Source of the DNA: a bacterium
GTDB taxonomy: Bacteria > Fidelibacterota > Marinisomatia > Marinisomatales > UBA1611
Length of the DNA: 64,000 nucleotides
Direction: 5' to 3'
Assembly: GCA_038127595.1 (NCBI GenBank)
Contig: JAYPIC010000001.1
Coordinates: 34,618-98,617, forward strand
Positions 1 to 9,462 of the stretch are shown here, in pieces. The translations under genes and the position numbers were made by a program. Below the pieces are notes generated by a model. It saw only the letters and a list, made by a program, of their open reading frames with translations, ran no database searches and was not told the origin of the DNA. Each line of letters starts with the position of its first letter. Position 1 is the first letter of the stretch.

Positions 1-325
1 TCCCAATTCCTTGAAAATTTCCTCTGAATAGTTCATCTATATTTTCTTGCTCTTTGGCTGGTATATAAGTCGAATGCGGGTCTAGTTCCTCCATTAATCC
101 ATGGAAAGCACCATCCATTATCTTATCCATGTCAACGGCATCAAAATAAAAGTGATCAACATAAGATATAATTTGCTGCATGACCATTATTTTATTTTTT
201 AAAATTTTATATATGTTTTTGTTTTTAGAATATGCTTCCGGCATAAAAATTATGACAGCGATTATGAACCCAAATATGGCAGAGGTAACCATTGGCCAAA
301 TACGATTGACTTGATTTTTTGACAT
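1..325 (-). CDS. S41 family carboxyl-terminal processing protease, N-terminal part (runs off window start)
   Basis: Not in the ORF track. Manual translation from ATG at 325: MSKNQVNRIWPMVTSAIFGFIIAVIIF...YVDHFYFDAVDMDKIMDGAFHGLMEELDPHSTYIP...FRGNFQGIG. N-terminal membrane anchor plus LDPHS.Y and F.GIG motifs of CtpA/Prc. Confidence 0.85.
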   Translation of the reverse strand, partial: MSKNQVNRIWPMVTSAIFGFIIAVIIFMPEAYSKNKNIYKILKNKIMVMQQIISYVDHFYFDAVDMDKIMDGAFHGLMEELDPHSTYIPAKEQENIDELFRGNFQGIG

Positions 326-354
326 TTATTTAATGAATTAAATTGAAAAGAGGG

Positions 355-1248
355 TTATAACCCAAGATATAGCATAGTCCTAAATGTAACACCGCTTAAA
401 GTGTACTCTTCAGAGTCTCCGATAAGGTACCTACTGTTAAGTTTCCAACGACCTTGACCAATAGTTCCTTTGTTAAATCCAGCACTTATTCTTAGACCAA
501 CTCTATCGAGAAGTTGCCATTTAACAGCAACATATGGTTGAAAATTAAAAAATGTACCACTTAGATCAGACATTACTCCTGGTGCATTTGCCGCATTAAA
601 CCCCGAAATTGGATTGCCAAGGTTATCGACAGCGTAATAATAATTTACAGTCGAATTAGAATCAGCGTCTACGCCAGGTACTTTAGGACCATATGAAAAA
701 TCAAACATTTCAGTCCATTTAGGGTTTGCCGCATATTGATCAATAGATAAATTCATTCTTCCAAGCCCCATCATGGCTCCAGCAGAAATCTCAAGATCTT
801 GAAAAACAGGCATAACATATTCTATGGATGCTGCACCAAGTGAAATAGTAATCTTTGCTTCTATTGATGGATCAAAGTTACCATCGTAATCAACTGAATT
901 ATCGATTTCATTCTGATCGAGAACACCATCTCCATCTGCATCTACAAATAAACGAACGTTAGTGACTGTGCTAATGCTTGAGCTACCAACACCGGCGTAG
1001 CTTCCAATTCTCCATTTTCCTGTCATGTGAGCAAAGCCCTCTCCGCCGTGTACAACAAAAGGAGAGTCGAATTTTTTAGGATCTAATCCCAAGTCTTTTA
1101 ATAGGTCGGTAGCTGGGAAATCCTCAATGTTTATATACATCGGGCTATATCCTATTCCACCACCAAAAAAGTCAGTAACAGGATATAGATCAAATTGACT
1201 GTAAAGTGATGTTATAAAGAATGTTATGCTTGTAATTATTTTTTTCAC
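355..1248 (-). CDS. Secreted, probable outer-membrane beta-barrel protein with Ca-binding-like loop insertions
   Basis: Signal peptide MKKIITSITFFITSLYS; Gly/aromatic amphipathic strands; DADGDGVLDQNE loop; C-terminal strand TFRTMLYLGL. Confidence 0.55.
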   Translation of the reverse strand: MKKIITSITFFITSLYSQFDLYPVTDFFGGGIGYSPMYINIEDFPATDLLKDLGLDPKKFDSPFVVHGGEGFAHMTGKWRIGSYAGVGSSSISTVTNVRLFVDADGDGVLDQNEIDNSVDYDGNFDPSIEAKITISLGAASIEYVMPVFQDLEISAGAMMGLGRMNLSIDQYAANPKWTEMFDFSYGPKVPGVDADSNSTVNYYYAVDNLGNPISGFNAANAPGVMSDLSGTFFNFQPYVAVKWQLLDRVGLRISAGFNKGTIGQGRWKLNSRYLIGDSEEYTLSGVTFRTMLYLGL

Positions 1249-1498
1249 AATATAAGACCTCTCCGCAATGTATATGAAATCTAGTCAATTTATGTACTAT
1301 CCATTAAATACAAAAGAAAATATATGCTGAATTTTGATCAAAAATAAAAAAAACTAATTTTCGGTCTTTTTCTTGGAAAAAATGGTTCTTTAACCTATAT
1401 TTTTCGCTAGAGTAAACGAGGTAAGGGAGTTTATTTCTATAATCTCCTGTAAAATAGATACGTCTTGACGTGGATAATTGTTCAAGGCAGAAAGTATA

Positions 1499-3910
1499 AT
1501 GATGCGGAAAAATAACATTATTTTTGGTATTTACTGGTGCATTTATGTATCTGTATTGTGCTATGAATCATTGTTAGGTGGTCAACTAAATAGGACTAGC
1601 GGTCTTTATGACCTTGATGGTGATGGTCATAGAGAGGTCCTAGTTATCAGTAGTTCTGATAGGATGGCTGCATTGATTGAATTCAAAGGTAAGGTGATAA
1701 GTGACACTGTTTGGTCTTACACTCTTCCTCAAGGGACTTATTTTACAGATGTTTCCATATTAGACATTGATAACAATGGTCAGCCAGATCTTATCGCATC
1801 TTCAAAAATCAATGCAGATAGTAATGACGATGGTTGGCTTTATGTTTTTCAGGGTACAATGAAAGGTTTTTCAAATATGCCACTGATTGCTGGTCAATCT
1901 GGTCTTGAGTTTGAAAATATCAGGCCTTTAAATCTATCAAGAGTTTATGGAAGTTCATCACAACTTTCCGTTTCATTTGGTACTCCTGTTAGGAAGACTT
2001 TAGTTTTTAACCCCCACATCAAAAACGAACAATTGGAAATCAAAAACGCCAAGGTTTTGAGTGAACCATTAATTCAGAATGGCTTTGGCCATATGTATTC
2101 AGGCGGATTTGTTTCATTTGGCGGCAATTATGTTGCGCAATTTTCAGCAGAGATAAACACTCTTAAGGTTGCTATTTTTAATGCAAATGAAAATTTTAAA
2201 CATGTAACAACTGAAATTTTAAGTTTGGGTAATGCTAGAGGAATCATTGGAGCTGAAGTTCAATCATATAATAATTTAAAAAAAGGTGAGCAGGGGTTAT
2301 TGATACCATTTAGAACCGGTGAAGTAAAAATACTTAATGTTAAATCAGGTAAAGTAAAAATAGATGATTCAGAATTCTCACATGAAGAATTGTTTTTAGA
2401 AATGGAAGACCCAGATAAATCAGAAATTCTAGATTTAGTGAACAATAGAATAGAATCTGGCTTTTATGACAAGACCATTACTAAAGAAGATTATATTAAT
2501 GATAATGAGTTAAAAAAGTTTGGTTTAGTTAAAAAGCCTATTGATGGGCCTACTTTAGTTGATTATTTAAATGAAGCTGGGATAGTGAAAAAGCCTAAAG
2601 ATCGTAAAAGAATTGATATTCCTGCTGAAAGTTCTGATATGAGTAGTGAAATATGGGCTGCAAAAGCATCAGTTAAAGTTGAACAGATAGACTCTACGTT
2701 GCTTTCTTTAAATGATTCTATTTTTAAAAATCCAATACCAGATGAAGATAAAGAAATTGCATTCCACAGGACAGTATTCGGGCCTTCTGATTCTGTTGCT
2801 ATAGCAGAAACATGGGAGGATACATTAAGAAATGTTCTTGTCCCTGAATCCCTTGGCTTGTCTGAAAAAGAAGAAGAAAAAACTGGTATTGACCTTTATT
2901 ATGTAATGGTAATGACGCCATCCAAAGGGAATAAAGATAGATATGTTTTTGATGGTGAAGCGCCATTTGGAATAAATGTCATGCAAGTTCCTCCAATGGG
3001 AGAAGCTACTCATTTCCAGCATAGCGTGTCTGCAAATACAAATTTTTTACGCAGGGGGAATGATTACGATTTTGCATATACCTTAAAAGAGCAAGTCTCT
3101 GATAGTATAACTACTCTTACAATGGTTCATGATATGCAGACCAATATTATCTTTATGTCTATTTCACCAGAAGCAGATTCAATCTCTCAATCTTATCAAC
3201 CAGAAGCATTTGATCCCAAGTTATTTGAATTTCCTGATTACTTTTTTGAAGGTTTCCCGACCAGTTTAGGCATGGATTTTAAAGATAAGCTGATTAAGTT
3301 TTCTTTTGATGACTCTGGAGATAGTGCAAATTACCAGGGGCTTTACCTATCTGCAACCACCCCTTCAAACCCATCTCAATCTCTGGCTGTTTTTTTAAAT
3401 GAAGGTACTTTGCAGGCCATTAGAGGAGAAGTTAAAGTTCGTGAAAATGGTTCTAAAAAAATAACCACTCAATTTGATATTGCTGGTTATCTTGAACCAT
3501 CTGCTATGTTCTCTAGATTGATTCAAGAAGAGTTTTCAGATTCCCTAAAGACTAATTTACTTCAAGGTGCCTATCTAGAAGAGCCTCTCTTTGGCCCTAG
3601 TGGTAAGCTGCCAAAAGTTTCTCATGAAAGAAGAATTCCAGAAGCTCAGTTTGATCAAAAAAATCCTGATATTCCTGTAGATCCTTTAAAAGGAATTTAC
3701 CCAGAGGGTCAGGGCATCATTACAAATTCTAAAGCTAAATTAGAAACGGCTGCTCCTGAACCACAAGGCCCGGTAGATAATCCTTCTGATCCTGATATAG
3801 AAAACGCGATCTCAAGTTCTAAATCGGATACTTTAAATCTTGAAAATGCAAAGAGTGCTTTGCCAGAATCAATCGAGATTAAGACAAATAAGCCTGAGGA
3901 AAACCGATAA
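1499..3910 (+). CDS. FG-GAP/VCBS-repeat exported protein with unknown C-terminal domains
   Basis: DLDGDGHRE and DIDNNGQPDLI motifs; hydrophobic N-terminus; ATG at 1499 preferred over TTG at 1478. Confidence 0.65.
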   Translation: MMRKNNIIFGIYWCIYVSVLCYESLLGGQLNRTSGLYDLDGDGHREVLVISSSDRMAALIEFKGKVISDTVWSYTLPQGTYFTDVSILDIDNNGQPDLIASSKINADSNDDGWLYVFQGTMKGFSNMPLIAGQSGLEFENIRPLNLSRVYGSSSQLSVSFGTPVRKTLVFNPHIKNEQLEIKNAKVLSEPLIQNGFGHMYSGGFVSFGGNYVAQFSAEINTLKVAIFNANENFKHVTTEILSLGNARGIIGAEVQSYNNLKKGEQGLLIPFRTGEVKILNVKSGKVKIDDSEFSHEELFLEMEDPDKSEILDLVNNRIESGFYDKTITKEDYINDNELKKFGLVKKPIDGPTLVDYLNEAGIVKKPKDRKRIDIPAESSDMSSEIWAAKASVKVEQIDSTLLSLNDSIFKNPIPDEDKEIAFHRTVFGPSDSVAIAETWEDTLRNVLVPESLGLSEKEEEKTGIDLYYVMVMTPSKGNKDRYVFDGEAPFGINVMQVPPMGEATHFQHSVSANTNFLRRGNDYDFAYTLKEQVSDSITTLTMVHDMQTNIIFMSISPEADSISQSYQPEAFDPKLFEFPDYFFEGFPTSLGMDFKDKLIKFSFDDSGDSANYQGLYLSATTPSNPSQSLAVFLNEGTLQAIRGEVKVRENGSKKITTQFDIAGYLEPSAMFSRLIQEEFSDSLKTNLLQGAYLEEPLFGPSGKLPKVSHERRIPEAQFDQKNPDIPVDPLKGIYPEGQGIITNSKAKLETAAPEPQGPVDNPSDPDIENAISSSKSDTLNLENAKSALPESIEIKTNKPEENR

Positions 3911-3918
3911 ACAACAAG

Positions 3919-6900
3919 ATGAAATATTTTAATTACAAAATAATTTTGTCTGCTATATTTATTTTAGCATTATCATTTTTGAATGCGCAGAAGATTGTAC
4001 ACCTTGAAGGGTCGTATGATTTAGATGGAGATAATTTATTAGAGTTTATCTCCCTTGAGCTAGATCCTGATAAAAATGTTTTCCCAACAGTTGTAAAATA
4101 CAATGAGGTTGATCAAGATGGTTATCAATCATCAATCTGGGAATTTGATGCTCCAAAGGAACTAGATGGTTATTTTGTTGATGCAAAAATAGGTGACTTA
4201 GATGGTGATGGCATTCCAGATTTAATCATTGTAATGAATCTTTCTAGGTTTGGCACGAATTCTACGCCTCATGTTTTTGTAGCTGTATATAGCTGGGAGG
4301 ATGGTTCTTTTTCTGAATTACCTTCAATTACGCTAGATATTGGAAAGCAAGACCGGTCTTTAAGGTGTAATAACTTTTCTATGTTAGATCATGATGCTGA
4401 TGGTGATCAAGAATTAGTTTTATCATTAGGTAGTCCTTATAGAGGTTTTGCAATTTTAGATTTAGACAGCCAAGGGAGATTGGTGATTATTAAAAAAATT
4501 AGACCTGATGAAATGTTAGTTGGGTCTGGGTTGCTATATTCTGCAGTTGTTGATTATGATAATGATGGCTATGAAGATTTACTAGCTATTAGTCCTGAGG
4601 GCAATACAATAAAAGCACAGCCATTTTATAATATTGGTGGCATATTTGATTCCGGGCCTTTGATAAGAAAAAATTTTGAAGGTATAAGTGGAATATTGCA
4701 TAACTCTTTCCAGCTTACTGATTGGGATGCTGATGGATTTAAAGACGTACTAGCACCATTTAGATCTGGAGATATTATAGCATTGACTTTAACTCCTGCT
4801 ACTTTAGTTATTGAAAGAGTGCCTGTCCAACCAGGTCCTCTTACTCAAATTGAAATAGCAGACTTTAACCAAGATAATTACAAAGATTTACTGATGCTTT
4901 CATCTGATATTAATGCCTTAACAATGATTTCAGGCGAAGATGGGGGCATGGAAAGCGTTCGAAATGTTATGTCAAAAGTACCGGAAGAGATGCAAGTCTT
5001 TTCCATGCTTCCTTTGACTAAACTTGGCAAATATACTGGAAGCACTATGGTTTCAGGTTGGGACGGAAATAGTAATTCAATATTTATTTTAGATTTTGGT
5101 AAGAAATCTGCTGAGTACGACCAAGGGTTTTTATTAAGCACAGATTTTATTACTGAACAGTTGCCTGACTTATTATCAAATATAGAGGACATACAGCCTG
5201 AAGTCCCCGAAATTTATGTTGAAGTAATCCCAGAGCAACTTCCTCAATTGCCACAACCTGAAGAAGAAGTAATTACAGAATTAGGCGAACAAAGAATTCA
5301 AAGCGTCCCTCAAGCGCTGGATCCTACTGTCATTGAAGGCGATGTTTTGAAAGAACAGCCTAGATCAGTACCACCGAAGAAGGTCATTCGAACTCTAGAA
5401 AGTCCAAAAACTTTAAAAGAGGAAGAGATGATAGGTCAGCGACTTCCTAAGCATGTTCTTCCTCAATACATATTAACCTTAAATCAACCATTTGAGTATA
5501 TGTTATTGAGGGATACTACAGAAGCATTTCATAGTTTTAGATGGCAAGTTCCGCCGCCTAAAGGAATGTTTTTTCATTACGAAAGTCAAACAATTAGATG
5601 GGTGCCAAATCAAGAGCAGTTGGATGCTTTTCCAGTATCATATTTAGTTAGGGTAAAAGTTGATGAAATTATGGAAGCCTTATCAGCTTCTGGCAGTGTT
5701 AATCAAGAATATAAAACTGTTCCAGTTCTTGAAAGCAGAGATGAACAAGTTTGGATATACGTAAATGATCCGCCAAGATTTTTAACTCAACCTTTAGGTA
5801 CAGAGTTTGTAGCTGGTGGAGTATTTCAGTACGAACCTATAGTTAGAGATAGAAATAAAGATGCATCGTTGCAATTCTTTTTAGAGGTCGCTCCGCCAGG
5901 TATGACAATAAATGATGGTGTTCTTTATTGGAAGTCTGATAGCATAAATGCTGAACAGTATGATGTCAGATTAGTGGTTTCCGATGGATTTGAGAGAGAT
6001 GTCCAAGAATTTCAATTATCTGCCAGATCTGGAATTAGAATTTTATCAAAAGCGCCAACAATGGCCACTGTTGGGGAGAAGTATAATTATGATGTAAAAG
6101 TTTGGAGACAAAGAACTAGTCAAGATGCAAATTATAAATTGTTTTATGGTCCTAGTGGAATGAGAGTAGATAAGAAATCTGGATTGTTAACTTGGGTCCC
6201 AAATGAAACGCAGATCGATACAGTTGAGTATGCCTTGGTCTCCACTCATGGAGTTGCTTCAGATACTCAGTTTGTTAAAGTTTTTGTAAATCATCCTCCA
6301 GTCATCCAAAAGGCGCCAGCTCCAATGACAAAAATAAATGTAGGTGCTATTTGGGATTTTGATTTAATGGCTCAAGACCCAAATAAGAACGATAAACTCA
6401 TTTATACTGCTCATATACTCCCTGAAGGAATGAGAATGGATGCACGTACAGGCCGTCTACATTGGGAGCCTTCTACTGCTCAAGTAGATTTTCATAAACT
6501 TAGAATCGAAGTTTCAGATGGCCATCTTAGTAAGTTTATTGAATCAGAATTTTTTGTGAATGCTCCTATTAAAATAGTTTCTGTACCGACAATGACTGCA
6601 ACAGTCGGTGACGAATACACGTATAAACTAATGACAGTTGATAGGAATAAAGGCGCATTGCTGCCTTTTGATAAAGTTGTAAAAGTTGAGGATGTAAGTA
6701 ACACTAAAATATATAGTATAAATATTTCAGATGATGTTGTAATTCAGAACATTGATAGGTTTCTTGGAGACTGGTATAATGCGAAAGAAGTTTATTACGT
6801 CAACCCAAAATATCCTGCAGATACATTAGTATCTAGAGTCAATTTGAAGCGATATGTTCAATCTGTGTTTTATGAAGATAATAGACTTTGGGTCATTACC

Positions 6901-7794
6901 TCAACAATAAATGGTCGAACAATAAAGATTAAAGATTTTTTATGGGAATTTTTTCAGGGTAATAAGGGTAAGCCACCTCGAATACTTGTAGAAAGAGTGA
7001 ACCCTGTGCGTTTTACTTTGACTGAGTTTCCAGAAGGTATGGAGGTTGATGAATCTCTTGGTGCTATAAAATGGACACCTAAAAAATCTCAAACAGATAT
7101 GCATAGAATTTCTGTAATGGTTTCTGATGGCTACACAAAAGATGAACAGATATATGAAGTGTATTCAAATCATTTACCTACAATTATTTCAAACACACCT
7201 CGAATGGCTTTAGTTGGAGAGTTATTTAAATATCAAGTTAGGGTTGAAGATTTAAATGAAGGTGCTAACCTGAAATATAATTTAATTAAAGGCCCTCATG
7301 GTATGCAGCTTGATAAGAGTGGAAAAATATTATGGGTTCCGAAAGCTGCACAAATCAATTATAATGATTTTGAAGTTTCTGTCACAGATGGATATGGAAC
7401 TGATATCCAATCTGGAAGAATATTTATAAATAACCCACCTTCAATTATTTCAACTCCAAAGCCTGTTGGTCTTACTGGTCATACTTGGAGGTATAAGTTA
7501 ACTACTGAAGATTTGAATGGAGATAGAGTAACATATCGTGCAGTGCGATTGCCTAAATTTGCAAAATTTGATAGAAGAACTGCTACTCTTGAGTGGACCC
7601 CAAGAAAGAACCAAGATGGTGTAAATGACTTTATTTTAATGGCGGTTGACGAGCATGGAGCAACGACAACTCATGATTTCCAAGTCCATGTGTTTTACGA
7701 TCCAAGTGCAAAACAATTAGTAAATAGTGGTTGGCCTTTGATGTTAACTTTTGTTGGTGTTGTTTTTGCTTGGGGCGCTGGGCAAATGAACTAG
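3919..7794 (+). CDS. Large surface protein: FG-GAP repeats, Pro/Glu-rich linker, tandem putative Ig (He_PIG/cadherin-like) domains, C-terminal TM
   Basis: Signal peptide; about six DxDxDG motifs; repeated P.GM.iD..G.l.W.P...v.VSDG units; terminal hydrophobic segment WPLMLTFVGVVFAW. Confidence 0.8.
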   Translation: MKYFNYKIILSAIFILALSFLNAQKIVHLEGSYDLDGDNLLEFISLELDPDKNVFPTVVKYNEVDQDGYQSSIWEFDAPKELDGYFVDAKIGDLDGDGIPDLIIVMNLSRFGTNSTPHVFVAVYSWEDGSFSELPSITLDIGKQDRSLRCNNFSMLDHDADGDQELVLSLGSPYRGFAILDLDSQGRLVIIKKIRPDEMLVGSGLLYSAVVDYDNDGYEDLLAISPEGNTIKAQPFYNIGGIFDSGPLIRKNFEGISGILHNSFQLTDWDADGFKDVLAPFRSGDIIALTLTPATLVIERVPVQPGPLTQIEIADFNQDNYKDLLMLSSDINALTMISGEDGGMESVRNVMSKVPEEMQVFSMLPLTKLGKYTGSTMVSGWDGNSNSIFILDFGKKSAEYDQGFLLSTDFITEQLPDLLSNIEDIQPEVPEIYVEVIPEQLPQLPQPEEEVITELGEQRIQSVPQALDPTVIEGDVLKEQPRSVPPKKVIRTLESPKTLKEEEMIGQRLPKHVLPQYILTLNQPFEYMLLRDTTEAFHSFRWQVPPPKGMFFHYESQTIRWVPNQEQLDAFPVSYLVRVKVDEIMEALSASGSVNQEYKTVPVLESRDEQVWIYVNDPPRFLTQPLGTEFVAGGVFQYEPIVRDRNKDASLQFFLEVAPPGMTINDGVLYWKSDSINAEQYDVRLVVSDGFERDVQEFQLSARSGIRILSKAPTMATVGEKYNYDVKVWRQRTSQDANYKLFYGPSGMRVDKKSGLLTWVPNETQIDTVEYALVSTHGVASDTQFVKVFVNHPPVIQKAPAPMTKINVGAIWDFDLMAQDPNKNDKLIYTAHILPEGMRMDARTGRLHWEPSTAQVDFHKLRIEVSDGHLSKFIESEFFVNAPIKIVSVPTMTATVGDEYTYKLMTVDRNKGALLPFDKVVKVEDVSNTKIYSINISDDVVIQNIDRFLGDWYNAKEVYYVNPKYPADTLVSRVNLKRYVQSVFYEDNRLWVITSTINGRTIKIKDFLWEFFQGNKGKPPRILVERVNPVRFTLTEFPEGMEVDESLGAIKWTPKKSQTDMHRISVMVSDGYTKDEQIYEVYSNHLPTIISNTPRMALVGELFKYQVRVEDLNEGANLKYNLIKGPHGMQLDKSGKILWVPKAAQINYNDFEVSVTDGYGTDIQSGRIFINNPPSIISTPKPVGLTGHTWRYKLTTEDLNGDRVTYRAVRLPKFAKFDRRTATLEWTPRKNQDGVNDFILMAVDEHGATTTHDFQVHVFYDPSAKQLVNSGWPLMLTFVGVVFAWGAGQMN

Positions 7795-8822
7795 ATAAAT
7801 AAACTATTTATTTTGTCTTCTAATTTATTATCAGGTGAAAAATGCATTTCTGTTTTTAATGCGTAAACAGGAATTTTAGGATTGATATCTGGTATTTTTA
7901 CCAAATCTTTTTCAGTTGTGATGATATAGTTTGCGCTAAATTTTTTTGCATCATTTTGTACTTTTTGCAAGTCATTAGCTTTAAATTTATAATGATCTAA
8001 AAATTTGCTGTGACCAACAATGTTCGCACCGATTTTTTCTACTGTTTTTTTAAACCCTCTATTATCCCCGATGGCAGATAGTAAATATATGTTTTTTGAT
8101 TTTAATTTTGCTTTATCTATTTCCTGCTTATCTTTCCCAATTAGCTTTGATTTGGATTCTAACACACTATTTATTCTTTCTACATTCACATTTTTTAGTA
8201 ACTTGTTCAAATAGTTTAAATTGTTATGCACATTAGTCTTTGTATAAATTATCAAGTCAGCTCTTTTTAATCCGCTTATTCGTTCTCTTAAATTCCCTAT
8301 TGGAAGTATTTTATGAGTTCTCTTAGTATCCTTACTGTTAATTAATACTATATCCAAATCTCTATGAATTGACCGGTGTTGGAACCCATCATCAATTATG
8401 ATAACGTCAAGATCAAATTCAGATGTAATTCTGAGTCCAGCTTCATATTTTGATTCTCCTACAACTATGGGTATAGAATTTAAATTTTGTGATAGTAAGA
8501 AAGCTTCATCTCCATATTGTTCCCATGAATTAGGTTTATCAAACCCATTAGTTACTAACTTTACATGTTTTGATGATCTGCCATATCCCCTACTAATAAT
8601 ACCCACATTTTTCCCAATTGATTGTAAATGCAAAGCTAAAAATTCTACAGTTGGTGTTTTTCCAGATCCTCCAGTAGTTATATTTCCTACACTAATAACT
8701 TTACATGGTAATTTGTTGGTATTAAAAATATTTGTATCATACAAGTAATTTCTTAATGTTGTGATCAGTCCGTACAAAAATGATAATGGATATAATAGTA
8801 ATTTAAGTGTTGTTTTTAGCAT
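7791..8822 (-). CDS. lpxK: Tetraacyldisaccharide 4'-kinase
   Basis: VISVGNITTGGSGKTP, SRGYG, GDE, DDGFQH, TTEKD motifs; start moved to ATG at 8822 (MLKTT). Confidence 0.95.
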   Translation of the reverse strand: MLKTTLKLLLYPLSFLYGLITTLRNYLYDTNIFNTNKLPCKVISVGNITTGGSGKTPTVEFLALHLQSIGKNVGIISRGYGRSSKHVKLVTNGFDKPNSWEQYGDEAFLLSQNLNSIPIVVGESKYEAGLRITSEFDLDVIIIDDGFQHRSIHRDLDIVLINSKDTKRTHKILPIGNLRERISGLKRADLIIYTKTNVHNNLNYLNKLLKNVNVERINSVLESKSKLIGKDKQEIDKAKLKSKNIYLLSAIGDNRGFKKTVEKIGANIVGHSKFLDHYKFKANDLQKVQNDAKKFSANYIITTEKDLVKIPDINPKIPVYALKTEMHFSPDNKLEDKINSLFI

Positions 8823-9462
8823 ATTCTTTATTTGTACTCTCAACTTTATCCATTGCATCAGATAGTAATTTTTTACATGTTTCAAAATCTTGTTCAGGAT
8901 CAAGCTGTAATGGCTCACCATATTGGAGAAAAATCTTACCAAATGGTTTTTCTAAAAAAAATGTATGCCAATTAGTAAACTGCCAATTTTTTGTAGATAT
9001 TGCGGAAACAGGAATTATCAATGCCCCCGTTTTTTGAGCTGCTTTTATAACACCTGGTTTAGGGATTCTTTCTGGTCCTTTGGGGCCATCAGGCGTTATA
9101 CCAACGAGAGAAGAAGGTTGCCTTAGTATTTTAACTATTCTAACAAATATTTTAGATCCTCCTTTAGAACTTGAACCTCTAAGCATTTTCCAGCCAAGTT
9201 TAATTCCTATTCTCGATATTAATTCTCCATCTTTATTTAACCCTGCCAAGCCATAAAATTTCTTGTTCATAAGGTGCATAAATGGAGTTAATAGTTGTCC
9301 ATGCCAGCAAGATAAAATAATACTTTTTTTATTTTTTAACGGAAGTTTGAAATTGTTAGAGCCTCTAACATCCCATTTATTTGTATTATAAAAAAAATAT
9401 AATATCCACTTTGCCAAGCTTGCTTGTACAGACAGTAAAAAGTTATCGTATTTATTTTTCAT
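8803..9462 (-). CDS. DUF374 lysophospholipid acyltransferase family (LpxJ-like late lipid A acyltransferase)
   Basis: WHGQL, DGE, RGSSSKGG, ITPDGPKGP motifs; lies between lpxB and lpxK. Confidence 0.8.
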   Translation of the reverse strand: MKNKYDNFLLSVQASLAKWILYFFYNTNKWDVRGSNNFKLPLKNKKSIILSCWHGQLLTPFMHLMNKKFYGLAGLNKDGELISRIGIKLGWKMLRGSSSKGGSKIFVRIVKILRQPSSLVGITPDGPKGPERIPKPGVIKAAQKTGALIIPVSAISTKNWQFTNWHTFFLEKPFGKIFLQYGEPLQLDPEQDFETCKKLLSDAMDKVESTNKEYAKNNT

